Shown: positions 27,535 through 37,725 of the stretch, piece after piece
Layout of the letters: each line of letters starts with the position of its first letter
Position numbering within the stretch: position 1 is the stretch's first letter
The notes under the pieces: model-generated
Seen by the model: only the letters and a program-made list of their open reading frames with translations
The model's database searches: none
Told to the model about the DNA's origin: nothing
Virus record (IMG/VR): IMGVR_UViG_3300032030_000020
Location: 32,001 to 96,000 of that record
Strand: one strand, 5' to 3'
Length of the DNA stretch: 64,000 nt
Source of the DNA: a virus
Lineage: Duplodnaviria; Caudoviricetes
Made by a program: the position numbers and the translations under genes

Positions 27535-29754
27535 TTAAGCAAATAAAGCATCAATTTCTGCGTCTGTAATGGCAGGAACCAAGGAATAAACACCGTTAAC
27601 AATCTGAACTATCTTGCCGTTATTTTCGGCTGTAGGAGCCGGAACCTGTCCTGTAAGATGTACTCCGTATAGCTGAACATCTCCACTCGTAGCCTTCAAA
27701 ACAGCGTTAAGACCCGCTTTAAGATTTTTTGCCGTCATGACACGACTTGTTTTTGCAGTACCTGTGTTCATTTCGGTCGAACTCATGGCAGAATAAGTCG
27801 TGTTTGCGTCGTAATAATTCAGCACACACCAGCGGCTCATTGTAACGTTTGCTGTTGATGCCCCTGCTGCTGCTCCATCTTTTGTATTGCCATATAGAGC
27901 AGTTGTACGACCAGTCTGAAAAACAACTTCAATTGTTTCGTCAACAGGATATTGTGTTGTTAGGCGAGAAGTGTTGATGCAAGCAACTGGATAATAGTTC
28001 GTACCGTTATCCACGCTCATCCATACGCCTGCATCGACAACCGCAACAGGAATCTTGATAGTTAACCGGTCTCCTTCGACGGGAGTCATTCCCAAATTAA
28101 AACTCCATAGTGCCGGTTTATAAGCCACAGTTGCAGATCCAGCCTGTCCAGCAGTTCCTGTGCCGGTAATAATTTCGTTGATTCCTTTTTGGAGAGTCAA
28201 CTTGCCAGACATCGTATCGCCTGATTTGTTTACTTTTCCTGAAATGTCCTGATGCGCGGTAAGAACTTTTGTACCGCCGCTATATAAACACCCGTCAGTG
28301 CCGACATATGCGGTATCATGAGAGTAAGTTTGTGGGTTGGCCGCCTGAGATGTTGCACCAATCAGGAACAACTTGCTTGAAGAATCCGTAGCTCCGGCTG
28401 TATTCTTCGTGTCGTTGTCTGTAGTCTTATAACCTTTACCTTCAACAAACGACGCAACAGCCGCAGATGTAGGAAGATTTGTACTTGTTGATGCAGCTGC
28501 GATAGAAGTGTCTACACCTTTAGCCGCCGCTTCGCCCAAAGCTTCAATTGCGTTGGCGACAGTAGAAACCGTAGCGGCTTTGTTTGTGGAAGCATTGTAT
28601 GTGCCATCAAACGCATATGTCGTGTTTGTGCCAGGGATCCCAAGCGCTGTAATATCTGATTTTTCGACAGCTACAGCATTTGTAACGTGACCTTCGCTGT
28701 TAGTCGTAATCTTATACAGGCCAGAACTGTAAGCTGATCCTTTTGCGGTAGCGTGGGCGTATGCAATATTGCCATGATCGCCCCTAAAAGCCGTGCTTGA
28801 AGTAGTGCCTAAAGCAAGAGAAGGAGAAATTTCCACATAGTCAGAACCGCCCCAACGGTAAGTCTTGTTTGTGGCTTTATCGACATAGATCTTTCCTGCT
28901 TCACCGGTTAAAGGAAAAGAGTCTTTGTTTGTAAATTCAAGCACATCGTCAACATAGGACGGGAGTTGAGAAGAAGGCACTTTTCCGTTTTCATCCAGTT
29001 CTGCGAGACCGTTGGCGGCGCCTTTTAAGGAAGTGTTCAGTTTGCCGCTGATATCTTGGTGAGCAGTAATAACAGTGCCAAGGTCAACCACGCCGGAAGA
29101 ACCTTTTGACGCACCATTCATCTTAATTCCTGTGATGGTGCCAGTGTTAGCTGTAAAGCCGCTGTCGTTGGTAAGCTGGCTGACCTTTGTAGGAATTTCT
29201 GATTTATCAGCTTTGCCGGAGATATCCTGATGCTCCGTTAACACAGTACCAAGATCCACAACACCAGACGTACCTTTGGATGCACCGTTCATGGTAATTC
29301 CGGTAATTGTACCCAGGTTTGCTGTCGCGTTTTCTGCGATACCGTCCAGCTTTGTTTTATCCGCAGAAGACATAAGACCATCCGCAGAATGAGTCGCAGG
29401 AGAATAAGTAGTATCGTTATCAGGAATCGTTACTGTCATAGGAGAACCAGAAGACGGAGTCAGCGTAATAACATGCCCGTCTGTCTGGTCTTGAGTTAAA
29501 GTATACGTAGTATCGGACGAGCCGCCCGGGAGTTGGCTTACCGGAATCTTGCCGTCTGAACCTAAAGAAGCAACGCCGTTTGCAACGCCGACTTTGTCGT
29601 TATCCACCTTTTCGTCGAGTGCGTCCTGAACACCGTCGATAACAGCGACAATAACGTCATTTGTAGGATACTCGTTCAGCTTCTGGGCGAAATGCGCCAA
29701 ACCATCAGCGTCCAGAAACTTTTTGGGATTCGTTGCCGCATATGTATTCGGCAT
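27535..29754 (-). CDS. Mosaic fibre protein with internal repeats
   Basis: GKxPxSQLP x2; GTITGI.MNGASKG..GVVDLG x2; HQDISGK x3. Confidence 0.8.
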   Translation of the reverse strand: MPNTYAATNPKKFLDADGLAHFAQKLNEYPTNDVIVAVIDGVQDALDEKVDNDKVGVANGVASLGSDGKIPVSQLPGGSSDTTYTLTQDQTDGHVITLTPSSGSPMTVTIPDNDTTYSPATHSADGLMSSADKTKLDGIAENATANLGTITGITMNGASKGTSGVVDLGTVLTEHQDISGKADKSEIPTKVSQLTNDSGFTANTGTITGIKMNGASKGSSGVVDLGTVITAHQDISGKLNTSLKGAANGLAELDENGKVPSSQLPSYVDDVLEFTNKDSFPLTGEAGKIYVDKATNKTYRWGGSDYVEISPSLALGTTSSTAFRGDHGNIAYAHATAKGSAYSSGLYKITTNSEGHVTNAVAVEKSDITALGIPGTNTTYAFDGTYNASTNKAATVSTVANAIEALGEAAAKGVDTSIAAASTSTNLPTSAAVASFVEGKGYKTTDNDTKNTAGATDSSSKLFLIGATSQAANPQTYSHDTAYVGTDGCLYSGGTKVLTAHQDISGKVNKSGDTMSGKLTLQKGINEIITGTGTAGQAGSATVAYKPALWSFNLGMTPVEGDRLTIKIPVAVVDAGVWMSVDNGTNYYPVACINTSRLTTQYPVDETIEVVFQTGRTTALYGNTKDGAAAGASTANVTMSRWCVLNYYDANTTYSAMSSTEMNTGTAKTSRVMTAKNLKAGLNAVLKATSGDVQLYGVHLTGQVPAPTAENNGKIVQIVNGVYSLVPAITDAEIDALFA

Positions 29755-29772
29755 TATACATTTCCCCTTTCA

Positions 29773-29804
29773 AGAAGAATAGGAGAGGGCCGAAGCCCTC
29801 TCCT
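29773..29804 (-). terminator. Terminator/hairpin
   Basis: 10-bp stem AGGAGAGGGC/GCCCTCTCCT with UUCG loop on the minus strand. Confidence 0.7.
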
Positions 29805-29812
29805 TAGTCCAA

Positions 29813-30727
29813 TTACACAGCGGCGATCGCAGCGTCGATTTCGGCATTGGACAGGGCCTGAATCGCGGTGTACACGTCGGAAGCATACTGCTTCACACCG
29901 TACACAGTCGCAGCGGAAGCCAGATCGGTATCTGCGCCCAGCACGGCAGCAGCAGCACCGGCAACGTCATACGCAGTAGAAGCAGTGTACGCAGCAGTAC
30001 CCAGACCATGCACAGCCACATCAGTGCCGTCCACAGCAATCGTGCCGTTAGCAGAACCTTCAGCAACAGACTGCACAGCGCTGTCAGCCGCATCCAGAGA
30101 ATTCTGCACGGCCTGAGCCAGCTTGGCCTTTGTGATGGTGCCATCGGTAATGGTAGCGGTCACACGATGCTGCGCATCAATGGCGATCACAACCATATCG
30201 CCAGCCTGAGAACCGGAAGTCACGTACTCAATCAGATCGCCAACATTGATGTACAGATCGCTGTCATCCGCATTGGCAAGAACCAGATGGATGTAAGTGC
30301 CTGCGGGGCCCCAAGCACCGGACTCGGACTTGGTTTCCACAGTGCCACTTTCAACCACCATATCCTTCGGGATGTTGATGGCAGCCCCAACGTTCACTGG
30401 AGTACCAGAACCGTTGGGGGTCTTCTGCAGATGATAGATTGCGGCATAGTCGCCGGAATTATCATCCTTCACAATGCTGTAAGTATCCTGATCAGCAATA
30501 GGAGCTACATACAGACCCTTATTGCCAGTGGTCTTCAGCTGCAGCCGGTTATCAGCTTCAGCACTGACCTGCACACCGATGCCATTAACGCCAGTAACAA
30601 CGATAGAGTCGTCGGAAGCCTGAACGTTGTCCAGTTTGCTGTCATACCTGTCCTTAATTTTTTCCCACAGATGACCAACGCCCGCAGAGTTAAGGAATTT
30701 CTTGGTTTCAATTGTTTCGTAAGCCAT
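29813..30727 (-). CDS. Fibre/decoration protein, probably highly expressed
   Basis: INIPKDMVV.SG and GTITKAKLA fibre motifs; GC-biased codons; terminator follows. Confidence 0.75.
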   Translation of the reverse strand: MAYETIETKKFLNSAGVGHLWEKIKDRYDSKLDNVQASDDSIVVTGVNGIGVQVSAEADNRLQLKTTGNKGLYVAPIADQDTYSIVKDDNSGDYAAIYHLQKTPNGSGTPVNVGAAINIPKDMVVESGTVETKSESGAWGPAGTYIHLVLANADDSDLYINVGDLIEYVTSGSQAGDMVVIAIDAQHRVTATITDGTITKAKLAQAVQNSLDAADSAVQSVAEGSANGTIAVDGTDVAVHGLGTAAYTASTAYDVAGAAAAVLGADTDLASAATVYGVKQYASDVYTAIQALSNAEIDAAIAAV

Positions 30728-30786
30728 AATGATATACCTCTTTCTTTAAATATTTATGTCTAACAGAATATCTGTTGACAACATGA

Positions 30787-32226
30787 TTACGCCTGATATG
30801 CAGGCACAAATTCGCCGCCTGTTACGGTGACGTTAGGAGTTGCTTCGTTGGACAGAACTTCAAGAGAATGATCTGTTCCAACGAACTTACCGCCGGTAAT
30901 TGTCAGAGACATACCGGCTTTGCCGGGATAGTTCGCGGTTTCGTGATAGATCACAGCAGAAGCGGACATCTTTGTCTTATTGTCGCCAACCCAGCCAGGG
31001 GTATGGTCGCCGCCAACAGCAACGACTTCGCCGCCGTTGATGGTGACGTTGCCGCCACGCATTAAGATGCCGCAACCGTTGTTAGAACGAATCTTGCCGC
31101 CGTTCATAACAAAGGTGTCATTGTTCGCAATGTACACACCGCAGGATTCATATCCGTTGGACGTGATGTTGCCAACCAGTTCACCATTGTTGAAGGTGAC
31201 GGTATTTCCGCCACGGCCAGATGTACCGTTTGTAAAGACAGGGAAGTTATCGATACCAGAAATAGTACCGCCGTTAATTTCGATGACGCCCTTATCGAAT
31301 GCTCCGATGCCGCCTTCTTTCGCAGAGATAGATCCGCCGTTAATCGTGACTTTGGAGCCGTCCCCAAGCGCAGACAGAGCAACGTCGCCAGACTGATAAT
31401 TGCCGCTATCGACAATGACTTCGCCACCGTTTTCAGCCTGAGCAACGCGTTTGTTAGCTTGGACATTACCGTTTTTGATTGTCAGCTTTGAGCCGTTAGC
31501 AACCAAAGCATAACCGTCTCCGGAATAGGTAAGCGTATTGCCGCCAAGATCCAGAGTTGTATCATGCGTCAAAGCAACAGCCATAGACAAAGTCACATCA
31601 GCGCCAAGATCTACGTTGCCGCCTTTAACAAGGAGCTCTTTCAGGGCGGCTTCGCTTGAAGCAGAACCAGTAATAATATCCAGCTCGTAATTAGACAGGC
31701 TTTCAATTTGGATAATAGCTCCAAGATTGTCCCATCGAGATTCTTCAGCGTTCCATGCATAGTTTGTGCCATCTTCTTCAACATCGTAAACATCTCCGTT
31801 CTGGGGATTCTGAATGTTTTCAAGATCAGCAACTTTGGCAACTTTGCCGCAGTATTTGTAAACTTTGCTTACAGCGGTTCTAACTTCTTCCAGCTCATCT
31901 TTGGTTGCAGCGTCCGTGATTCCATATCCTTCAAGAGTAGTCGGAGCGTCCTGAATATCGTCCCACTCTACAGGCATTTCGGGATTGTAAACCGTGCGGA
32001 CAACACCGTTTTCGTCGATAGAAAGACCGTCGCCAACTTTAATGCCGCCGAGAGCTTCGGAAGAAGCAGCAGGAAGTTCGTAGTTTTCAAGATCTGCAAG
32101 TTTTTCCTTTTCTTCCGTCGTAAAGTTTTCGTCGGAAAGTCCTTTGCCGGATTCTTTCTTGAGATAAATTTCACTAGCTTTATCCCATAAGTATTTAACA
32201 CCAGTAGAATCTAAATATTTACTCAT
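30787..32226 (-). CDS. Fibre protein with C-terminal beta-helix
   Basis: GKGLS..NFT.EEK.KL, LGGIKVGDGL, PTTLEGYGITDA; repeated xING/GG coils. Confidence 0.8.
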   Translation of the reverse strand: MSKYLDSTGVKYLWDKASEIYLKKESGKGLSDENFTTEEKEKLADLENYELPAASSEALGGIKVGDGLSIDENGVVRTVYNPEMPVEWDDIQDAPTTLEGYGITDAATKDELEEVRTAVSKVYKYCGKVAKVADLENIQNPQNGDVYDVEEDGTNYAWNAEESRWDNLGAIIQIESLSNYELDIITGSASSEAALKELLVKGGNVDLGADVTLSMAVALTHDTTLDLGGNTLTYSGDGYALVANGSKLTIKNGNVQANKRVAQAENGGEVIVDSGNYQSGDVALSALGDGSKVTINGGSISAKEGGIGAFDKGVIEINGGTISGIDNFPVFTNGTSGRGGNTVTFNNGELVGNITSNGYESCGVYIANNDTFVMNGGKIRSNNGCGILMRGGNVTINGGEVVAVGGDHTPGWVGDNKTKMSASAVIYHETANYPGKAGMSLTITGGKFVGTDHSLEVLSNEATPNVTVTGGEFVPAYQA

Positions 32227-32244
32227 GCATTTCGTCTCCTTTCT

Positions 32245-32481
32245 TTAAGTATTTATAAGATCATTGAGATCGTCCTGAGAAAGGGGCGTAGTAGGAACAC
32301 CGCCAAGTCCCAGATCTTCTAGCGTCAGATCACCGGAAAGCTCAACGCCATTAATCGAAGGTTTATTAATTAATCCATCGTAGTCGCCGGGTTCCTTACT
32401 TTCTTTTTCCGGTACAGGAGTTGTAAGCGTGAGAGTAAACATATTCCCACTTCTTACAGAATGAATGTCGGGATTGTACAT
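32245..32481 (-). CDS. Small fibre adaptor
   Basis: DY..L.NKPSINGVEL.G..T.EDLGL motif. Confidence 0.7.
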   Translation of the reverse strand: MYNPDIHSVRSGNMFTLTLTTPVPEKESKEPGDYDGLINKPSINGVELSGDLTLEDLGLGGVPTTPLSQDDLNDLINT

Positions 32482-32847
32482 TTACTCACCACCTTCATTT
32501 TCTGCGTAGGTTATTTCGTCCGTCAAAACGAAAGTGCCAACAAAGCTTTCCTTAATAAAGTTTTGATATTCCAATTGAATATCGAACACATAATTCGGAA
32601 AGCGTGTGTCGTTTACAATCATTTTGTTTGTATCTTTAGGTTCGATTTTTATTTGATAATCACCGAGACCAAGCTTGGTAATACCGCCCGTGCTAAGTCT
32701 TTTTTGAAACTCATATAAACGGTCTCTTTTATTTCGCTTGACTGTGAAATAAATCTCATCAAAGTCCACGTCTGCGGCTGTACCGTTTCGTTCATTGACT
32801 AAAAACCGAACCAGTCTGATATCGCCTCTAGGCATACTAATTCTCAT
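32482..32847 (-). CDS. BppU N-terminal-like beta-sandwich adaptor
   Basis: ISMPRGD...YFTVK...I.PKDT...YVFDIQL. Confidence 0.65.
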   Translation of the reverse strand: MRISMPRGDIRLVRFLVNERNGTAADVDFDEIYFTVKRNKRDRLYEFQKRLSTGGITKLGLGDYQIKIEPKDTNKMIVNDTRFPNYVFDIQLEYQNFIKESFVGTFVLTDEITYAENEGGE

Positions 32848-32865
32848 CTGGTTCAGCTCCTCTCA

Positions 32866-33186
32866 TTACCATCTGCGTTCTTCCGGATAGGGAAAAGGAT
32901 AATGCCCAGACATGTCAGGACCCATGTCACGGCTGCGCATTCCGCGCATATATGGATCAGCGTAAGAATTGTAAGAATTACCCATGCCATAAGAGCTGTA
33001 ATTCTCAGGCGGCATCTCAGAACCTTTCATTGCCGTAAACGTAGCAAGGCTCTTCATTGCATGAGTAAGAAGATCAATCTTACGCAGGTCGCCTTCGCTC
33101 ATTTCAGCTCCTGTACGATACTTTTCTTCGAGCAGTTCAAGCTCTTTGCAGAGTTTGTTTTCAAGAATCATATATCTATTGTTCAT
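32866..33186 (-). CDS. Conserved hypothetical protein (spore-like cluster)
   Basis: Helical N-terminus; low-complexity Y/M/S/R tail. Confidence 0.7.
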   Translation of the reverse strand: MNNRYMILENKLCKELELLEEKYRTGAEMSEGDLRKIDLLTHAMKSLATFTAMKGSEMPPENYSSYGMGNSYNSYADPYMRGMRSRDMGPDMSGHYPFPYPEERRW

Positions 33187-33200
33187 ATCTCAACACTCCT

Positions 33201-33656
33201 TTACGCCAGCCGGGTGACTTCAACATTCAGATTGCGAAGGTTAAGAGCCGGAGCGACAGCCGCAGGCGTAGCACCTTCAGAAGCGTTCTCTACGGCTACC
33301 GTATAGCAGCAACCCGCAGGGACATCTACGATTGCAAAATTACTAACATTCCAGTAAGAATCGACAACCGTCGGAGTGGCAGTTCCAACACTCGATTGGT
33401 CAATTTCTCCGCCGATAGCAATAGCAAGCTGGATCTCACCAACTGTACCGTCTGTAGGAACAGCAATATTACCGCTGTAGGCAACACGATACCGAGCAAA
33501 ACGTCCGCAGGGATTGTTGACAATGCCGCGCAAAGTAAGAATGCCAGAGCCGGGACGATGGATCACATAGCCACGATTGCAGCCAATGTTGTCATCTAAA
33601 AGAGCAGAAGCTCCGGGCTGCACAAATTGTACAGGAACATAATTGTATTGAGCCAT
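33201..33656 (-). CDS. Beta-sandwich (BclA C-terminal/TNF-like) protein
   Basis: HRPGSGILTLRG...GNIA...CC.TVAVEN. Confidence 0.65.
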   Translation of the reverse strand: MAQYNYVPVQFVQPGASALLDDNIGCNRGYVIHRPGSGILTLRGIVNNPCGRFARYRVAYSGNIAVPTDGTVGEIQLAIAIGGEIDQSSVGTATPTVVDSYWNVSNFAIVDVPAGCCYTVAVENASEGATPAAVAPALNLRNLNVEVTRLA

Positions 33657-33715
33657 AACACTCATTCCTTTCAAAATGTTTAAAGATAAGACAAAGTCTT
33701 AAAATGAAAGATTGG

Positions 33716-33743
33716 AGAAAGAGGAGCCCCTAAAGGGCTCCTC
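33716..33743 (-). terminator. Hairpin/terminator
   Basis: GAGGAGCCC/GGGCTCCTC then TTTCT. Confidence 0.65.
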
Positions 33744-33750
33744 GAAGAAG

Positions 33751-34425
33751 TTACATATTTCCGCAGCCGCAGCTGAAATTCTGATTGCAACAAGAAGGAT
33801 TCTGGACCAGGTAGGCAGGCCGAGGTGTCGGAGCCAGATACTGCTCAAGCGCCGCAGTCTGAGCTTCGTTGTTCGCGAGAATAGTAGCCGTCTGAGCATT
33901 CTGAGACGCCGCAAGATTAGCCATCGTAAGCTGCTGACGAAGCATAGAGATCGTCTCGTTCTTAGCGTCGATCTTATCCTGACACATCGTGTCGAGAATG
34001 CGCTGGGTAGAAGCATTGTTAGCTTCCAGAACATCGCGCAGAGCCATAGAGATGCTATTGCGATCCGCACACGCTTCTGTAGCGACGGCATATTTCAGGT
34101 CGCCAATGCCGCTCTGAAGAGCAAAGTTCTGATTCATGTCAGCCATCTGCCGAGAGTTGGCGGAAATCTCAGCCTGGGCAAAACCGTTGGTGATCGCGTT
34201 CTGGATTCCTGTGATACCGCTCATAACGGCGTTCTGATCAAAGCCCCGCTGAATATCGGAATAACCACTGTTTCCGCCAAAGCCAAATCCATTACCACCC
34301 CATCCGAACATTGCCATCCAGATGAGCAAGAACCAGAGACCGTTACCGCCAAACATGTCGTTCGAGTATCCTGAATAAGCAGGCGCAACGGGCATATACA
34401 TTCCATTTCCAGTTTCGTTAACCAT
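33751..34425 (-). CDS. Gly-rich TM, coiled-coil, Cys-tailed spore-coat-like protein
   Basis: WFLLIWMAMFGWGGNGFG, IQRGFD, C-terminal CC...CGCG. Confidence 0.75.
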   Translation of the reverse strand: MVNETGNGMYMPVAPAYSGYSNDMFGGNGLWFLLIWMAMFGWGGNGFGFGGNSGYSDIQRGFDQNAVMSGITGIQNAITNGFAQAEISANSRQMADMNQNFALQSGIGDLKYAVATEACADRNSISMALRDVLEANNASTQRILDTMCQDKIDAKNETISMLRQQLTMANLAASQNAQTATILANNEAQTAALEQYLAPTPRPAYLVQNPSCCNQNFSCGCGNM

Positions 34426-34562
34426 AACTGGTCAACTCCTTCTGAATAAGATTTGCTTTGACCAAGCAAAGCATTGTGATAATTGCTTACTTAACACGGC
34501 AAACATCCAAGCGTGCCGAACCCCCTTATGCGAACCGAGTCGCGCGGGATTCGTATTCAATT

Positions 34563-34594
34563 AAAAAGACGCTACGGGAAAAATCCCGTAGCGT
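34563..34594 (-). terminator. Strong intrinsic terminator
   Basis: 11-bp stem ACGCTACGGGA/TCCCGTAGCGT, then CTTTTT on the minus strand. Confidence 0.85.
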
Positions 34595-34717
34595 TGTTTA
34601 ACTTCAAGCTCTTCTATAAAGTCATTCACACATTGTACACTGCGTAAGTTCGTTATTCGTTTCTGAACGAGATAAGAGATGAAGATTAAACCAATATTCA
34701 TAACAAGCAGATGCTTG

Positions 34718-35476
34718 CTATGGTTGATTATTCCACGCATACAGATCGATGTTCTGTATAAAGTGGTCTGGGATCTCAGGCTGTGTTTTTACGGCTTTAG
34801 CTCTGCATCCGTTAACATACACATCTAGATGAGCGGAGCCACCGTAGTAACACATCGCCAGATATCCGTTAAAATAGCTGTTGCTGATCCAGATGTCCCC
34901 TTTAGCGTCTGGGAGATCCACGTTGTGATATCGCACCGTAATGCTATCTTCTACGCCGTTGTCAAAATAGCAGTTGTCGATAATGATTCTCGCGTTCTGT
35001 GCAACGCCGCCGCCGATGCAGTTGGCGTTTTTAAGCAGCCGCCCAACAACTCGACAGTGACGATACTCGTTGATATATGGCTGATCCCAATGCCATAAAT
35101 CATCGTGAATGGCGTACAACATACCTTCAGCATAAAGATTCAGTCCGTCCAGTATCACGTTCCCGCCGCTGTAGATTACGGAAAAGTTATCTGTTCTGTC
35201 CCATGTGCATGTGAGTTTGGAGCCCGGTAAAAATATGACAGTACGATCATGAAGAAATATGCCTTTTGCAAAAACATCCGGCACGTTTTTTCCAAACAGC
35301 GTTTCATATTCTTCCCGGATATCGTATTCACCGGGAGAAACAATAACTGTTTCTTTGCTGTCTATTGTTTCATAGATAGCCTGCGTAAACGATTCATATT
35401 GCATGTCTTGCCCGACAGTTATATCCGCCAAAGCAACAGAAGGAATCAGCAACAGAAGTAGCAGGATTCGTTTCAT
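34718..35476 (-). CDS. Secreted pectin-lyase-like beta-helix protein
   Basis: Signal peptide MKRILLLLLLIPSVALA; ITVG...Y.S.TQAI...V.PGEY; YAIHDD; RBS AAGGAG. Confidence 0.7.
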   Translation of the reverse strand: MKRILLLLLLIPSVALADITVGQDMQYESFTQAIYETIDSKETVIVSPGEYDIREEYETLFGKNVPDVFAKGIFLHDRTVIFLPGSKLTCTWDRTDNFSVIYSGGNVILDGLNLYAEGMLYAIHDDLWHWDQPYINEYRHCRVVGRLLKNANCIGGGVAQNARIIIDNCYFDNGVEDSITVRYHNVDLPDAKGDIWISNSYFNGYLAMCYYGGSAHLDVYVNGCRAKAVKTQPEIPDHFIQNIDLYAWNNQP

Positions 35477-35548
35477 ATTAAAATCTCCTTTAGACAGGGC
35501 CTCCTTGCTCAAGGAAGGCCGCTGTCAAGGTATTGAGGAGGAATACCA

Positions 35549-35830
35549 TCACTCGTTGGATTCAGGTTCAGGTTCGGGTTCAGGGTATTTCCGGCGATCA
35601 AACACTTTATTTTCCAGCAGGATGATACGATCGCCACGGTGCTCAGTCATATAAGCGCTGAGAAGCTGCCGGGTTTCACCAGCTTCAGGATTAGCGGCAT
35701 AGCCCCACAGCTTAAAAAGCTTGCTTTCCGCTTCGGTTTTTGTCATATAGACATAGTTCTGCACACCGATGTTATCGCTTGCGAGAACATTAGATTCTGT
35801 AACAGTCCAATACACAGTGTTAGGAGTCAT
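35549..35830 (-). CDS. Hypothetical protein with PE-repeat tail
   Basis: RBS AAAGGA; PEPEPEPE. Confidence 0.7.
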   Translation of the reverse strand: MTPNTVYWTVTESNVLASDNIGVQNYVYMTKTEAESKLFKLWGYAANPEAGETRQLLSAYMTEHRGDRIILLENKVFDRRKYPEPEPEPESNE

Positions 35831-35847
35831 AGTATATCACTTTCCTT

Positions 35848-36831
35848 TCATAGTTCTTTGACGTGGTTGAGCCAAGCGTCGATTGTAATTGCTTCCATTT
35901 TCATGCCTTCCATTACAGAACGATTTCGAATCTGATTGGAAATAAGCATTTTGTCATTCATGGGAATTGTGTTCCAGAAATATTCATACTTACGGAAATA
36001 ATCAGCAAATCGTTTTTCTGTTGCTGTTCTGTAATCCTGATTTTCCTGACTGATCCATTCATCTTTATTCATTGTGTAATATGCGTCAAAGATCATGGAT
36101 ACAGCATAAAACATTGCCTTATCCTGATGTGCGCGCCGCATAAATTCAGTAACCAGTGCATCATTTGAGTCGAGCATATTATTATATGTCTTTAAGATAT
36201 ACTTAGGATCATGTCTGCAAACAGAGTCATCCCGCCATTTCCATAGATAGAACGGCGTTTGACAATATTTCACATTTTCGCTTAAGTTCTGACAGAGAAT
36301 GTTGAAATAGCTGTCTTCGTGAATAGTCAGTTTATCATTCCATCTTATTTGTTTATCGATAAGGTATTGTCTCCTATGAACTTTACCATGGACAAACGTG
36401 CTGTCCATTTCGTGATTGACGTAGTTTGTTGTGGATGGATTGTGCGGATCTTTTGGATCTCTGCTTTCTTCGATGAAGCATGAAACGAGACTATCGAATC
36501 CAACTTCCATTTCACGAAATACAATCCATAAACCACATGCGTTATAAAACATATCATCACAATCACAAAACATAACATAGTCAGCCTTGGAGTAGTTAAG
36601 GCAGGCGTTTCTTGTGGCGGATACTCCGCGATGCGGTTCGTGATGAACTTCAATCTTAAAAGGATAGTTTTTGATATATTCTTCGGGTATTTTGGTTGAT
36701 CCGCCGTCGATACAAATAATAGCGCTAATGTTGTCAAAGTTTACGTTTTGTTGAATGGCAATGCTGTCTAACAACGGTTTAACTACAGTCTTATCTTCGT
36801 TGTACATAGGAATTAAAATATCTAATTTCAT
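35848..36831 (-). CDS. Glycosyltransferase family 2
   Basis: ILIPMYN, IDGGS, GVSATRN, FCDCDD, HEDSYFN. Confidence 0.9.
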   Translation of the reverse strand: MKLDILIPMYNEDKTVVKPLLDSIAIQQNVNFDNISAIICIDGGSTKIPEEYIKNYPFKIEVHHEPHRGVSATRNACLNYSKADYVMFCDCDDMFYNACGLWIVFREMEVGFDSLVSCFIEESRDPKDPHNPSTTNYVNHEMDSTFVHGKVHRRQYLIDKQIRWNDKLTIHEDSYFNILCQNLSENVKYCQTPFYLWKWRDDSVCRHDPKYILKTYNNMLDSNDALVTEFMRRAHQDKAMFYAVSMIFDAYYTMNKDEWISQENQDYRTATEKRFADYFRKYEYFWNTIPMNDKMLISNQIRNRSVMEGMKMEAITIDAWLNHVKEL

Positions 36832-36851
36832 TATGATTAATCCTCCGTTTA

Positions 36852-37721
36852 TCAAATACCTACAAATCTATTTGAATAAGAGCTCCAGTAGTTTGCTGTT
36901 TTATAAGAATCAAGAAGAGATGCTGGAACATAAATACTACCATAATACCCAAGGTAAGATGATTTTGATATGGGTGTGTTTAAAAACATGTTGGCACCGC
37001 CTGCACTTACAACGCTAGACCCAAGTAAATAAACAGCTGATAATTTAATGCAGCTTCCAAAAGCAAAGTCATTAATATAAGTACAAGAAGGAAGGCTGAT
37101 AGATGTAAGTTTTTTACAATTTTCAAACGCATAAGAAGCAATTGTTGTACAAGCAGGAATGCTTACTTCAACAAGATTAGTGCACGCGTCAAATGCACAA
37201 TCACTAATAATCCTAACATTAGGAAAATTTACAATCGTTAAATTAGAGCAATTATTAAAAGCCGAACTACTAATTAATGTACAATTAGGAAAACTTATAT
37301 CGGCAAGAACCTTGCACATCCCAAATGCCGCTTTGTCAATAGTTGCGCAAGAAGGAAAGTTTGCAGTAACAAGACTTTCACAATCCATAAAAGCACCGGA
37401 ACCAACTAATTCACAAGAAGGAAAATTAACAACAGAAAAACCACATCCCATAAATGCGCTACCGTTTATTTCAGTGCAAACAGGAAATGAAATGCTTGTT
37501 AAATAACTACACGAATAAAAGGCATACGATCCCACATATGAACACTTAGGAAAACTAACAGATGATAGTATTTTTTTTATTGATAAGGCAAAATAACTCG
37601 ATGATGATCCATCTTGTATGCTTATTAAAAACCCATCAGAATAAGTGGCCCCATTAATATGTAAACCATAAACATCTTCTTTTTTTTTAATTGCTTGTGG
37701 AAATGCATTAACAATACCCAT
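36852..37721 (-). CDS. BspA-type leucine-rich repeat protein
   Basis: About 8 repeats of 22 aa, L..xSFPxCTxIxxxAFxxC; IYVPASL...YK.A..WS cap. Confidence 0.9.
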   Translation of the reverse strand: MGIVNAFPQAIKKKEDVYGLHINGATYSDGFLISIQDGSSSSYFALSIKKILSSVSFPKCSYVGSYAFYSCSYLTSISFPVCTEINGSAFMGCGFSVVNFPSCELVGSGAFMDCESLVTANFPSCATIDKAAFGMCKVLADISFPNCTLISSSAFNNCSNLTIVNFPNVRIISDCAFDACTNLVEVSIPACTTIASYAFENCKKLTSISLPSCTYINDFAFGSCIKLSAVYLLGSSVVSAGGANMFLNTPISKSSYLGYYGSIYVPASLLDSYKTANYWSSYSNRFVGI

Positions 37722-37725
37722 CTTA

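Noticed and set aside
34494-34560. c-di-GMP-I riboswitch (GGCAAAC)
   Set aside because: It is on the wrong strand for the adjacent gene and lacks the GAAA tetraloop and GACGCAAAGC elements
34510-34560. Sporulation sigma-G promoter (TGAATA...CATA on the minus strand)
   Set aside because: The 23-nt spacer is too long
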